NCBI GenBank assembly: GCA_963814375.1
Contig: CAWFCQ010000004.1
Coordinates: 352,001 to 416,000, forward strand
DNA length: 64,000 nucleotides
Reading direction: 5' to 3'
Origin: an uncultured Chloroflexia bacterium
GTDB lineage: Bacteria > Chloroflexota > Limnocylindria > QHBO01
Below are positions 1 through 9,430 of the stretch, in pieces; the stretch's first letter is position 1, and every line of letters starts with the position of its first letter. The translations under genes were made by a program, and so were the position numbers. Under the pieces are notes generated by a model. It had not been told where the DNA came from and made no database searches. It saw only the letters and a program-made list of their open reading frames with translations.

Positions 1-641
1 GCGGCACCGGCCTGTACGTCGCGGCGCTCGTCGACGGTCACGACTACGCCAGCCAGCCATGGTCGCCGGACGTCCGCCAGCGGCTGGCCGACGAGCTCGA
101 GGCCGATGGGCTGGAGCCACTGGTCGTGCGGCTCCGAGCCGCCGACCCGGCGCTCGCCCTCCGGCTCGACCTTCGCAATCCGCGACGAGTGATTCGGGCG
201 CTGGAGCGCATCGAGGCGGGCGGTGGCGCGGAAGCGTCGGCGGTTCGCAGCGCACCGTACGCCGGCCGCATCGGCTTCGTCGCGCTGAGCCGGCCGCGCG
301 ATGTGCTCTATCGGCGGATCGACGCGCGCGCGCGTTGGCTTTTCGCCGATGGGGGCCTGCTCGATGAGGTGCGCGGGCTGCTCGAGGCCGGCTTCGGTCC
401 GCACCTGCGGCCGATGACCGGTCACGGCTACCGCGAGGCCGCCGCGCACCTGGCGGGGGAGTGGAGCCTGGATGAGGCCATCGAGGTGACCGCGCGGCGA
501 ACGCGCCAGTACGCCAAGCGCCAGCTGAGCTGGTTCGGTCGCGAGCCGCGCATCGCCTGGATTCCGGCGGGTGACGACGACGCGGACACCGACGAGGTGG
601 TCGGAGCCGCCGCGAATGCGCTGCGCGCGGCGGTCAGCTGA
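1..641 (+). CDS. miaA: tRNA dimethylallyltransferase (5'-truncated by window edge)
   Basis: Frame from nt 3 reads GTGLYVAAL, then NPRRVIRALE, GHGYRE and TRQYAKRQLSWF, all MiaA motifs. Confidence 0.93.
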   Translation, partial: GTGLYVAALVDGHDYASQPWSPDVRQRLADELEADGLEPLVVRLRAADPALALRLDLRNPRRVIRALERIEAGGGAEASAVRSAPYAGRIGFVALSRPRDVLYRRIDARARWLFADGGLLDEVRGLLEAGFGPHLRPMTGHGYREAAAHLAGEWSLDEAIEVTARRTRQYAKRQLSWFGREPRIAWIPAGDDDADTDEVVGAAANALRAAVS

Positions 642-2199
642 CGGACTGGAGGCCGATCGACTGGCGCCACGCCGCGACGCCGACGGCGGGCAGATCGGCC
701 GGCATCGGCACCGATGCGAGCGAGACCAGCGTCTCCGGACGCCCGAGGTAGTAACCCTGCCCGGCGGTGATGCCGAGGTCCATCAGCGGCTCCAGCTGCG
801 ACCCGTGCTCGATGCCCTCGGCGACGACGAGCGCACCGGTTCGCACCGCCAGCTCGACGACCGACCCGAGTACCGCGCCTGACTGCATGTCTGAGACGCT
901 TCGCTGCACGAGCGAGAGATCGATCTTGACGATGTCGAAGCGAATCTCGGACAGCAGACGCAGGCCGGCGTTGCCGGCACCAACGTCGTCGACGGCGAAG
1001 CGGATGCCGGCTCGACGACAGGCCTCGATACGGCCGCGCACGCGGGCGATGTCGTACATCTCCTGGCGCTCGGTGAGCTCGATCACGAGGCGCTCCGGCG
1101 CGAAGTCGTAGCGCTGGAGGATGGCGACGATCGCGCCGCTGCTGAACTCCGCCGCCTCGGCGGTGGCGGGCGAAAGGTTGATGCTGAGGAACTGCTCCTC
1201 GGGCAGGTCGGCGGCGCCCGCGACGATCGTCTCGATGCACGCCAGGTCGAGCGACATGAGCCTGCCGCTGGCCTCGGCCGCCGCAAACAGCGACGCCGGA
1301 TCGGCGAACGGGGCCGGCGGGACAGGGCGGATGAGACCCTCGACGCCCATGACCTCCCGGGTCGCCAGCGACACGATGGGCTGGTAGGCGGGCCGCAGGT
1401 GGCCGCGGGCGATCACATCGGCAACAGCTGACGACGAGGCGCCCATGTCCTCCGGAGCCAGCGGCATGCCGGCGTCGAAGACCACGACCTCGGTTCGGCC
1501 TCCGCGCTTGGCGGCGTAGAGTGCGGCATCGGCCTGGGAGTAGAGCTGCGTCATGCTGACCGCCAGCTCCGGCAGCGCCGAGACGCCGCCCGAGAACGAG
1601 GCCGGCGCCATGTCGCCGGGCTTGAGGCTCGGCTGGAGGGCCTGGGCCAGGAGCCGGCGCGCCACGATGCGCGAGCCCTCGAGGTCGGTGTGCGGCAGGA
1701 TCACGGCGAACTCGTCGCCGCCGATGCGATAGGCGCGATCGGCCCGGCGCAGCGCCCCGCCGAGCAGCTCGCCGAAGTCGCGCAGTACGCGGTCGCCGCC
1801 GGCATGGCCGCGCCCGTCGTTGACCGCCTTGAACTCGTCGAGGTCGATGAGGAGCAGGCCCAGCGGGACCTCGTAGCGCAGCGCGCCGGCAACCTGACGG
1901 TCGAGCTCCTCGTGGAAGGAGCGATGGTTGCCGAGCCCGGTGAGGGGGTCGGCCAGCGCGTCGGCCAGGGCAGCCTCGTAGCGGACCTGGAGGTCGGCCT
2001 GGGTGGCGACGATCGGGGCGACGGCTCGTCGCAGGGTGAGGGCCGCCAGCGCGATGGCCGCGCCGCTCGCGACCACGACCGCGACGAAGGGATCGTCGGC
2101 GAGGATCAGAACCGCCCGATGGACGACGGCGAACGCGACGACCGCTGCCACCACGCTGGTGAGCATGCGCCGCGTCAGGCCCCCCGTCGTGACCGCCAT
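634..2199 (-). CDS. Membrane-anchored GGDEF-EAL diguanylate cyclase/phosphodiesterase
   Basis: Two N-terminal hydrophobic segments; DPLTGLGN, RIGGDEF, EGLIR, DDVGAG, KIDLS, AEGIE. Start uncertain (ATG at 2199 chosen; ORF extends to 2322). Confidence 0.9.
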   Translation of the reverse strand: MAVTTGGLTRRMLTSVVAAVVAFAVVHRAVLILADDPFVAVVVASGAAIALAALTLRRAVAPIVATQADLQVRYEAALADALADPLTGLGNHRSFHEELDRQVAGALRYEVPLGLLLIDLDEFKAVNDGRGHAGGDRVLRDFGELLGGALRRADRAYRIGGDEFAVILPHTDLEGSRIVARRLLAQALQPSLKPGDMAPASFSGGVSALPELAVSMTQLYSQADAALYAAKRGGRTEVVVFDAGMPLAPEDMGASSSAVADVIARGHLRPAYQPIVSLATREVMGVEGLIRPVPPAPFADPASLFAAAEASGRLMSLDLACIETIVAGAADLPEEQFLSINLSPATAEAAEFSSGAIVAILQRYDFAPERLVIELTERQEMYDIARVRGRIEACRRAGIRFAVDDVGAGNAGLRLLSEIRFDIVKIDLSLVQRSVSDMQSGAVLGSVVELAVRTGALVVAEGIEHGSQLEPLMDLGITAGQGYYLGRPETLVSLASVPMPADLPAVGVAAWRQSIGLQSVS

Positions 2200-2363
2200 G
2201 GCCGTTCGGCCCGGCTGGCTGGCCTCCACACGCCCTCCAATTGCTGCGTCCCCGGTCTGGTGCAGTGTGGTATCGCAGACCCGGTGCCGGTCTGCAGTAG
2301 GACGTTGGTACCGAGTCCGCACCGCACCACGACGGACCGCACCGGGTACGATGGATCGAACAG

Positions 2364-3662
2364 ATGTCCGACAACCCCCGCGTGATCGATCTCACCGCGC
2401 CGTCCGAGCGCGCCTTCCTCATCGGACTCGACGATCCCCGTGACGGGCGCTGGCCGGTCAGTCGATCGCTGGCCGAGCTTGCCGCACTGGCCGAGACGGC
2501 GGGAGCCACCGTCGTCGGCTCCGCCACCCAGCGCCGCTCCAGCGCCGATCCGGTGTGGTACTTCGGGAAGGGCCGTGCCGCCGAGCTCGTTGACGAGAAG
2601 GCCGCGACCGACTTCAACCTGCTCGTCGTCGACGACGAGCTCGATCCGAACCAGCAGCGAGCCCTGGAGAAGCTGCTCAACTGCAAGGTGCTCGATCGAT
2701 CGGCGCTGATCATCGACATCTTCGCGCGCCACGCGACGACGAAGGAGGGACGCCTCCAGGTCGAGCTGGCCGCGCTCGAGTACCACCTGCCGCGTCTGAC
2801 CCGGCTGTGGACCCACCTTTCACGCACCGGCGGCGGAATCGGGACCCGCGGCCCGGGCGAGAGCCAGCTCGAGACTGACCGACGCCTCATCCGCGAGCGG
2901 ATCAAGAAGGTCAAGGGCGATCTCGCGGATGTGAAGCGCCATCGCGCCACGGCGGCGCGCAACCGGGATCGCAACGAGGTCGCGGGCGTGGCGCTGGTCG
3001 GCTACACCAACGCCGGCAAGAGCTCGCTTCTCAACGCGCTCGCCGATGCCGACCTGTACGCGGCGGACATGCTGTTCGCCACGCTGGATCCGACCAGCCG
3101 CCAGGTGACCCTGCCCTCGGGTCGCGCGGTGGTCATCACCGATACCGTGGGATTCATCAACAAGCTCCCGCACGACCTCGTCGATGCCTTCCGAGCCACG
3201 CTCGAGGAGGTGATGCGCGCCGACCTGCTGCTCGAGGTCGTCGACGCCGCCGATCCGGACTTCCTCGGCCAGCAGGCCGCCGTGCAGGAGGTGCTCGACG
3301 AGCTCGGCGCAGGAGACAAGCCGCGCATCACCGTCTTCAACAAGATCGACCTGCTCCCGATCGATGCCGGCCCCGCCCCGGCGGGGGAGTGGAGCGCCTT
3401 CGTCAGCGCCGTGACCGGCCAGGGCATCGACACGCTGCGCGAGCGCATCGGCGACGCGCTCCGGAGCTCGATGGTGGCGGTCGACGCCGTCATTCCGTAC
3501 GAGCGCGGCGAGCTCGTGGCCCGGGCGCGAACCGCCGGCGACGTCGAGGAACGCTACGAGGCCGCCGGCGTACGCGTCAGCGGGCATCTGCCGTCGTCGA
3601 TCGCGGGCGAGCTGACGGCCGCCGCCCGAAACGGACGGCGCCGACCCGCCGCCCCGCGCTGA
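2364..3662 (+). CDS. hflX: Ribosome-splitting GTPase HflX
   Basis: GGIGTRGPGESQLETDRR, GYTNAGKS, LFATLDPT, DTVGFI, NKID. Confidence 0.96.
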   Translation: MSDNPRVIDLTAPSERAFLIGLDDPRDGRWPVSRSLAELAALAETAGATVVGSATQRRSSADPVWYFGKGRAAELVDEKAATDFNLLVVDDELDPNQQRALEKLLNCKVLDRSALIIDIFARHATTKEGRLQVELAALEYHLPRLTRLWTHLSRTGGGIGTRGPGESQLETDRRLIRERIKKVKGDLADVKRHRATAARNRDRNEVAGVALVGYTNAGKSSLLNALADADLYAADMLFATLDPTSRQVTLPSGRAVVITDTVGFINKLPHDLVDAFRATLEEVMRADLLLEVVDAADPDFLGQQAAVQEVLDELGAGDKPRITVFNKIDLLPIDAGPAPAGEWSAFVSAVTGQGIDTLRERIGDALRSSMVAVDAVIPYERGELVARARTAGDVEERYEAAGVRVSGHLPSSIAGELTAAARNGRRRPAAPR

Positions 3663-3667
3663 CGCCG

Positions 3668-5044
3668 GTGGTGCAGGACCCTGCGCGGCGGGAGGCGCTG
3701 CTGGAGATGGCCGCGCGCGAGCTTGCCGCCGCAGATGACTTTTTCGCGGCCATCGCCGCCGAGCCCGCCCTCGATCGCGAGCTCGAACGCCGCCTGGTGG
3801 GGCCGGCAACCCCGCTCATCCCCACGCTGGCAGCCTGGGACGACGCCCCGCCCGAGGCGGCCGCCCTCCTGGAGGCCAACGCCGAGAATGCCGCACGGCT
3901 GGGATCTGTCATCGGTGACGAGTGGCCCGGCCTGCGGCAGGTGGGGCCGGACGCGGTCGACGCCGCCTGGATCCTGGCCCAGCATCTCGATCGCGCCAAC
4001 GAGGAGCGGCGCGCCTGGCTGCCGCTGCTCGAGCGCGCGGTGGAGAGCGGCGATGCCGATCCGCGTCACCTCGCCACCCTCGCCGACCGCATCGCGGTAG
4101 TGGCGGGCGAGCCACAGCGGTACGGCACCATCGTGGTGCTTGCCGACGACGGCGAGCCGGAGTTTCCCCTGCCGGTGGCGGATGCCGGGCACCTCGACGA
4201 GCGGCGTGCCGCCATCGGCCTTCCGACCGTTCGCGCCGAGGCGCCGCATCTCGGGGACGGCGACCTCGTTCCGTACGGCCCGGACCGCGGATCGGTGCCG
4301 GTCAACCAGTGGCCATTGGTGGTCGAGGGCCACATCTCGGTCGAGGCCGTGCTCGAGGGTGGCGCGCGCCACGTCCACCGCGTGTGGGCCGTCCGGCCGG
4401 GGGATCGGCGACTCGGTCGCCTGCGTGCCCTCGCGCGCGAGCGAGGTGTCCTGATCGATGAGGTCGACGCGGCCACCATCGACGGCATCGCCAGCGGACG
4501 CAGCCATGGCGGTGTCATCGGGCTCGTCGGACCGCGAGGCGATCGCTCGGTCGGCGAGCTCGTCGCGGAGGTGGGGGAGGGGTCACTCATCGTCATGCTC
4601 GACGGCATCGAGGACCCCTTCAACTTCGGGCAGGCCGCGCGTGCCCTCTACGCCGCCGGGGTCGACGGCCTCGTCGTACGCAGGCACTGGGAGACCGCGG
4701 TCACGACGGTCACGCGGGCGTCGGCTGGTGCCAGCGAGCTGCTGCCGACCGCCATCGCGAGCGGGCCAGAGGAGGCGGCTGCCATCTGCCGCCGTACCGG
4801 GATGCGGATCGCCGTTGCCGTCGCCGGCGCTGATGCGACCGAGCTTCACGCAGCCGACCTGCGCGGCGGGATCTTCCTGCTGATCGGCGGCGAGCGGCGC
4901 GGGGTGACGCGCTCATTCGTGGAGGACGCCGATGTGCGTCTGAGGATCGGCTACGGCCGCGATCGGGCGCCGGACCTGGGTGCGGCCACCGCAGCCGCGA
5001 TCATCGCCTTCGAGGCGCTCCGCCAGCGCCGAAAGCCGGACTAG
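3668..5044 (+). CDS. DUF6624-like domain fused to a TrmH/RlmB-like SPOUT RNA methyltransferase
   Basis: N-half has AAWILAQH, LATLADRIAV..GEPQRYGT, LDERRAAIGLP; C-half has HGGVIG, LDGIEDPFNFG, RASAGA, IGGERRGV, AAIIAFEALRQR. GTG start just after the hflX stop. Confidence 0.75.
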   Translation: MVQDPARREALLEMAARELAAADDFFAAIAAEPALDRELERRLVGPATPLIPTLAAWDDAPPEAAALLEANAENAARLGSVIGDEWPGLRQVGPDAVDAAWILAQHLDRANEERRAWLPLLERAVESGDADPRHLATLADRIAVVAGEPQRYGTIVVLADDGEPEFPLPVADAGHLDERRAAIGLPTVRAEAPHLGDGDLVPYGPDRGSVPVNQWPLVVEGHISVEAVLEGGARHVHRVWAVRPGDRRLGRLRALARERGVLIDEVDAATIDGIASGRSHGGVIGLVGPRGDRSVGELVAEVGEGSLIVMLDGIEDPFNFGQAARALYAAGVDGLVVRRHWETAVTTVTRASAGASELLPTAIASGPEEAAAICRRTGMRIAVAVAGADATELHAADLRGGIFLLIGGERRGVTRSFVEDADVRLRIGYGRDRAPDLGAATAAAIIAFEALRQRRKPD

Positions 5045-5283
5045 AAGACGCGGCGGCCGGCGAGGCGGTCGGTGGCGGGCGCCACGGCGCTCGAGCCGGC
5101 TCGGTGCCGCACCCGTTCGCGAATGGCCAGTCCGGCCACCAGGTACAGCGCGGCGAGCGCGATGAGCAGGCCGTAGCCGACCAGCAGGGGTCCGAGCTCG
5201 TCGCCGATGGCCGTGCCACCGACGAGCCCGAGGCTGCCGAGTGCCAGGGCGGCGACCGCCATTGACCACATCCGTTGTCGCAT
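5041..5283 (-). CDS. Small two-TM membrane protein
   Basis: Two hydrophobic helices; TAGGCT -10-like hexamer 6 nt before the ATG. Confidence 0.6.
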   Translation of the reverse strand: MRQRMWSMAVAALALGSLGLVGGTAIGDELGPLLVGYGLLIALAALYLVAGLAIRERVRHRAGSSAVAPATDRLAGRRVF

Positions 5284-5385
5284 GCGGGCAGCCTACGCGC
5301 GCGGAAGCGCGCACCTCATGGGACTTTCGGGTCATCCCGACAGGACCCTTGGCGCGCGCGGCTACTCAGCCGACATCGCCGACCG

Positions 5386-5413
5386 ACTTCCGCAAATGAT
5401 AGTTATGTGATGT
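5386..5413 (+). other. dif-like XerC/XerD recombination site
   Basis: ACTTCCGCAAA-TGATAG-TTATGTGATGT: 11-6-11 layout with TTATGT XerD arm, AT-rich intergenic island, located where gene orientation converges. Confidence 0.7.
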
Positions 5414-5432
5414 AGAACAGCCGGATCGGTGC

Positions 5433-5804
5433 CTATTCCTGCGGAATCATCTGCTGGCAGGCCCACGTGTTCCCGTCCGGGTCGCTGAAGTACACGAACC
5501 AGCCCCACGGCTGCTTGTCGACGTCGCTGGCGTCGACGCCGCGGCCGCGGAGCTCGTCGCGCAGCGCCTCGGCGTCGTCGACGACGAGCTGCAGGCCCTT
5601 CTGCGACCCGGGCGGCATGTCGGTGACGCCGGTGCCGATCGTGATGGAGCAGGCCGAGCCTGGCGGCGTGAGCTGCACGAATCGGAGCGTGTCGGTGACG
5701 ACGTGGTCGTGGTCGGCGTTGAAGCCGACCTGGTCGACGTAGAACGCCTTGGCACGGTCGACGTCGGAAACGGGAACGGCAACGAGTTCGAGCTTCATGT
5801 CCAT
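5433..5804 (-). CDS. VOC/glyoxalase family protein
   Basis: VPVSDVDRAKAFY...FVYFSDPDGNTW; TAGCAT 7 nt before the ATG at 5804. Confidence 0.9.
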   Translation of the reverse strand: MDMKLELVAVPVSDVDRAKAFYVDQVGFNADHDHVVTDTLRFVQLTPPGSACSITIGTGVTDMPPGSQKGLQLVVDDAEALRDELRGRGVDASDVDKQPWGWFVYFSDPDGNTWACQQMIPQE

Positions 5805-5953
5805 GGCGCCCATGCTAGCGGGCGTCCAGCTGCGGTCCCAGGCCGGGATGTTCCGCGTCGCACCACACCCACACCGCTGACGCAGGATGGGTCGATCGGC
5901 ATCGACGGCGAAGTCGATCGTGCTCCACGCATGCCGGTGCGTCGCCACCTGCG

Positions 5954-6955
5954 CTACCCGGCGTCTCCGCCCTCGGACTCGGTCAGCGTGGTGGGCGCGC
6001 CGTGGACCGCCGGAATCGAGCCGAGACGCCCGGCCTGGTAGTCGGTGAAGGCCTGCATGACCTCTTCGCGCGTGTTCATGACGAACGGGCCGGCCCACGC
6101 CACCGGCTCGCGAATCGGCCGGCCGCCGAGGATGAGCAGATCGAGGTTCGGGCTGCGCGACTCCTGTCGCGCGGCGGCATTGGCACGCAGGACGTTGCCT
6201 GCGCCGTAGACGACGAGCTGGCCCGTCTGGACGGCGGTGCGCTCTGCACCGACCGAGCCGTGACCGGCCAGGACGTAGACGAGCGCGTTGTAGTCGGCGC
6301 GCCAGGGCAGAACGAGCTCGGCCTCGGGGCTGAGCGTGGCATGCAGCAGCGTCATCGGCGTGTAGGTCGAGCCGGGACCAGCGTGGCCATCCAGCTCGCC
6401 GGCGATCACGCGCACCAGCGCTCCCCCGTCGGCAGATGCGAGCAGGGCAACCTCGCCGGCACGGATGTCCTGGTAGCGCGGCGGCGACCACTTCTGCGCC
6501 GCCGGCAGGTTGACCCACAGCTGGATGCCGTGGAACAGCCCACCGCTGACGACGAGCGCCTCGGGCGGCTTCTCGATGTGCAGGATCCCCGCGCCGGCGG
6601 TCATCCACTGCGTGTCGCCGTTGGTGATCACTCCCCCGCCGCCGTTCGAGTCGCTGTGCTCGAAGGTGCCATCCATCATGTACGTGACGGTCTCGAATCC
6701 GCGGTGCGGGTGCCAGGGCGTGCCCTTCGGCTCGCCCGGCGCGTATTCGACCTCGCCCATCTGGTCCATGTGGACGAACGGATCAAGGGCTCCGAGGTCC
6801 ACTCCGTGGAACGCGCGACGCACCGGGAATCCCTCGCCCTCGAAGCCGCGCGGCGCGCTCGTCAGACCCACGACGGGGCGTTCACGCGCGACCGCGGGAT
6901 CCGGCGCCCCGACGCGCGGCAGAACGGAGATGTCGTCGACGGTGATCGCTGGCAT
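5954..6955 (-). CDS. Pirin family protein
   Basis: DPFVHMDQMG, HPHRGFETVTY, QWMTAGAGILHIE, GPFVMNT. Confidence 0.93.
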   Translation of the reverse strand: MPAITVDDISVLPRVGAPDPAVARERPVVGLTSAPRGFEGEGFPVRRAFHGVDLGALDPFVHMDQMGEVEYAPGEPKGTPWHPHRGFETVTYMMDGTFEHSDSNGGGGVITNGDTQWMTAGAGILHIEKPPEALVVSGGLFHGIQLWVNLPAAQKWSPPRYQDIRAGEVALLASADGGALVRVIAGELDGHAGPGSTYTPMTLLHATLSPEAELVLPWRADYNALVYVLAGHGSVGAERTAVQTGQLVVYGAGNVLRANAAARQESRSPNLDLLILGGRPIREPVAWAGPFVMNTREEVMQAFTDYQAGRLGSIPAVHGAPTTLTESEGGDAG

Positions 6956-6961
6956 GGACGA

Positions 6962-6994
6962 AGGTTACCACCAGATAGTTGCGTATGCAACTAT
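6962..6994 (-). promoter_or_regulatory. Sigma70-type promoter of the pirin gene overlapped by a palindromic operator
   Basis: Minus strand TTGCAT-N17-TAACCT, 6 nt before the ATG; palindrome ATAGTTGC-GTAT-GCAACTAT at 6975-6994 covers the -35. Confidence 0.7.
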
Positions 6995-7650
6995 GTCAGA
7001 TGGGCAGTCCCCCAGTAGAACGGGCCGGCCGCCGTTACCGATGCCGTCCACCCCAGCGCAGCGAGCCGCGCCTCCAGGTCGGACGGCCGGTAGATGACCT
7101 TGATGGCCCGATGCACGCTGCCGTCGGTCAGCGGCCGCCGCACGATGCCGGCTTCGCGATCGATCCAGTCCTCCTCCCACAGGCCGTGATCGGCCTCGTC
7201 GACGATGAAGACACGCCCGCCGGGCGCCAGAAGCGCCTCCAGCGAGCCCCAGAAGGCCGCAAACCGGTCTGGAGGCACGTGGGACAGGAAGAAGCCGAAG
7301 ACGACCGCGTCGAAGCTGCTGCGCAGGTCCGGCGCGAACGCGTCCGCCACCTGGTAGCTGACGTTCTGTCGCTCCCCCACCCTGGCACGGTTGAGCTCGA
7401 GCATCTCTGGTGACGCGTCGGTGACGAGCAGCTCGTTCGCGTGGCCCGCCAGCTGAGCCGTCCACTGTCCGGTCCCGGCCGCCAGCTCCAGCACTCGACC
7501 ACGCGGCGCGAACGCATCGAGCGCATGTCGGACGGCCAGGATGTGCTCGGCGAACGGCTCCCCGTCCATCGGCGCGGTGGCGTCGTACTCGGCGGCCCGA
7601 GCGCGGTAATACGCGATCTGCTCGTCGATGAGGGCGCGATCGTCGGTCAT
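6991..7650 (-). CDS. Class I SAM-dependent methyltransferase
   Basis: YYRARAAEYD, VLELAAGTG, DASPEML, FDAVVFGFFLSHVP, LAPGGRV. Confidence 0.9.
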   Translation of the reverse strand: MTDDRALIDEQIAYYRARAAEYDATAPMDGEPFAEHILAVRHALDAFAPRGRVLELAAGTGQWTAQLAGHANELLVTDASPEMLELNRARVGERQNVSYQVADAFAPDLRSSFDAVVFGFFLSHVPPDRFAAFWGSLEALLAPGGRVFIVDEADHGLWEEDWIDREAGIVRRPLTDGSVHRAIKVIYRPSDLEARLAALGWTASVTAAGPFYWGTAHLT

Positions 7651-8027
7651 CAGCGACGCTCCGCGGGAACCCCCAGCGTGATCGCCGAGGCGACGGTGGC
7701 GGTGGCGAGGGCGAGGGCCTGGCCGGCGCTCAGCGCGCCGTCGCCGCCGAACATCTCGGTCGCGGCGCTGGGAATGGCGGCCAGCACGATGGGGATGAGC
7801 GTCCAGCCCAGGACCAGGACGGTGGGGGCCGTCGCGCCCGGCAGCCGGAGCATCCGCGTCGCCACCGCGACGAGGACGCCGAGGAAGGCGGAGAGCAGCA
7901 GGATGAGGATGGTGGCCGGCTGGTCGCGCGCTCCCGATGCCTGGACGAGCTCCACGATCCCCTGGTAGATGACGGTGACCCCGAGGGCGAGGAGGAGGCC
8001 GAGGACGGCGGAGCGGGCACCGCTCAT
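7650..8027 (-). CDS. Hypothetical four-TM membrane protein
   Basis: Four hydrophobic segments; overlaps both neighbouring genes by 1-4 nt. Confidence 0.7.
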   Translation of the reverse strand: MSGARSAVLGLLLALGVTVIYQGIVELVQASGARDQPATILILLLSAFLGVLVAVATRMLRLPGATAPTVLVLGWTLIPIVLAAIPSAATEMFGGDGALSAGQALALATATVASAITLGVPAERR

Positions 8028-9430
8028 GCCGGAGCTCCCGCGACGCGTTCCGCGACGCCGCGTGCGATGCGATAGGACTTGCCGGCGCCCATCACCAGCA
8101 CGGCATCGCCGCCGGCGAGATGGTCCGCGACATATGCCGTCGTTGCGTCGACATCACCGGTCGCGATGGTCGGGACGCCCGAGGTCCGCTCGATCGCATC
8201 GGCCAGGGCCTCGGCGGAGGTGGCGGCCATCGCCTCGGGCGTGTCGCGGCTGGCGAAGATGTCGGCGATGACGACCTCGTCGGCATCGGTGAAGGCGGTG
8301 GCGAACTCCTCGAGCAGGAGCGCGGTGCGCGAGTACATGTGCGGCTCGAAGACGGCCCACAGGCGGCGGTCGCGGCCCACCTTCTGCCGGACGGCCGCCA
8401 GGGCGGCGCGCACCTCGGTCGGGTGGTGCCCGTAGTCGTCGTAGATCGTCACGCTCGGAGTATCGACGATCAGCTCCATCCGGCGCCCGGCTCCGGCGAA
8501 CGAGGCAAGTCCGGAAGCCACCGCGTCGAGGTCGGCGCCGAGCTCGTGCGCCACGATCACGGCGGCGGTGGCGTTGAGCACGTTATGAGCGCCGGCCAGG
8601 CTCATCTCGAAGCGATGGTCGAGCAGGGTGAACCCGGTCGTCTGCATCCCGAGCTCGACCTCGGTCGCCTCGATCTCACCTGCGGGCCCGTAGCGCACCA
8701 CGCGCCCGTCCCAGCCAGCCAGGCGCTCGACGAGCGCCGCGGCGCCCGGGTCCGCGGCGGCGGTCACCAGCAGCCGCCCGCCTGTGGCGTCGGTTCCCAT
8801 GCCGCGCACGAAACGCTCGAACGAGGCCATCACGGCGTCCGTGTCGGCGAAGTAGTCGGGGTGATCCATCTCCACGTTGGTGACGATCGCGACGGCGGGG
8901 TGGTAGTTGAGGAAGTTGTCGCCGAACTCGTCCGCCTCGACAACGAACGGTGCGCCGGAGCCCGCGCGCACGGACGCGCCCCAGGCGCCGATGAACGCTC
9001 CGACCTCGACCGTCGGGTCCATGCCCGCCGATGCGAGCAGGTGGCCCAGCAGCGCGGTGGTCGTCGACTTGCCGTGCGTGCCCGTCACACCGATGCCGAC
9101 CCGTCCGGGAGCCGCCATCAGCTCGCCGAGCAGCGCCTGCCAGGTCACGACCGGGATCCCGGCCCGCTCGGCGGCGCGCAGCTCGTCGTGGTGCGGCACG
9201 GCGCGGAGGGCGGGCGTGATCGCCACCCGATCGACGCCCGCAACGTGCGTGGCGTCGTGACCCCGCACCCAGCCGATCCCGGCCGCGTCGAGCGGCGGTG
9301 TGTACGGAGACGGCGCATCCGCGTCGCACCCGTCGACCCGCGCTCCGGCGTGATGGAGCAGGAGCGCCGCCCCGGCCGCTCCCGAGCCGGCGATGCCGAT
9401 GACGTGGATCCGCTCTCCGGGATTCATCAC
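8024..9430 (-). CDS. murC: UDP-N-acetylmuramate--L-alanine ligase
   Basis: HVIGIAGSG, GTHGKSTTT, EADE, TNVEMDHPD, DDYGHHPTE, MGAG. Confidence 0.92.
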   Translation of the reverse strand: MMNPGERIHVIGIAGSGAAGAALLLHHAGARVDGCDADAPSPYTPPLDAAGIGWVRGHDATHVAGVDRVAITPALRAVPHHDELRAAERAGIPVVTWQALLGELMAAPGRVGIGVTGTHGKSTTTALLGHLLASAGMDPTVEVGAFIGAWGASVRAGSGAPFVVEADEFGDNFLNYHPAVAIVTNVEMDHPDYFADTDAVMASFERFVRGMGTDATGGRLLVTAAADPGAAALVERLAGWDGRVVRYGPAGEIEATEVELGMQTTGFTLLDHRFEMSLAGAHNVLNATAAVIVAHELGADLDAVASGLASFAGAGRRMELIVDTPSVTIYDDYGHHPTEVRAALAAVRQKVGRDRRLWAVFEPHMYSRTALLLEEFATAFTDADEVVIADIFASRDTPEAMAATSAEALADAIERTSGVPTIATGDVDATTAYVADHLAGGDAVLVMGAGKSYRIARGVAERVAGAPA

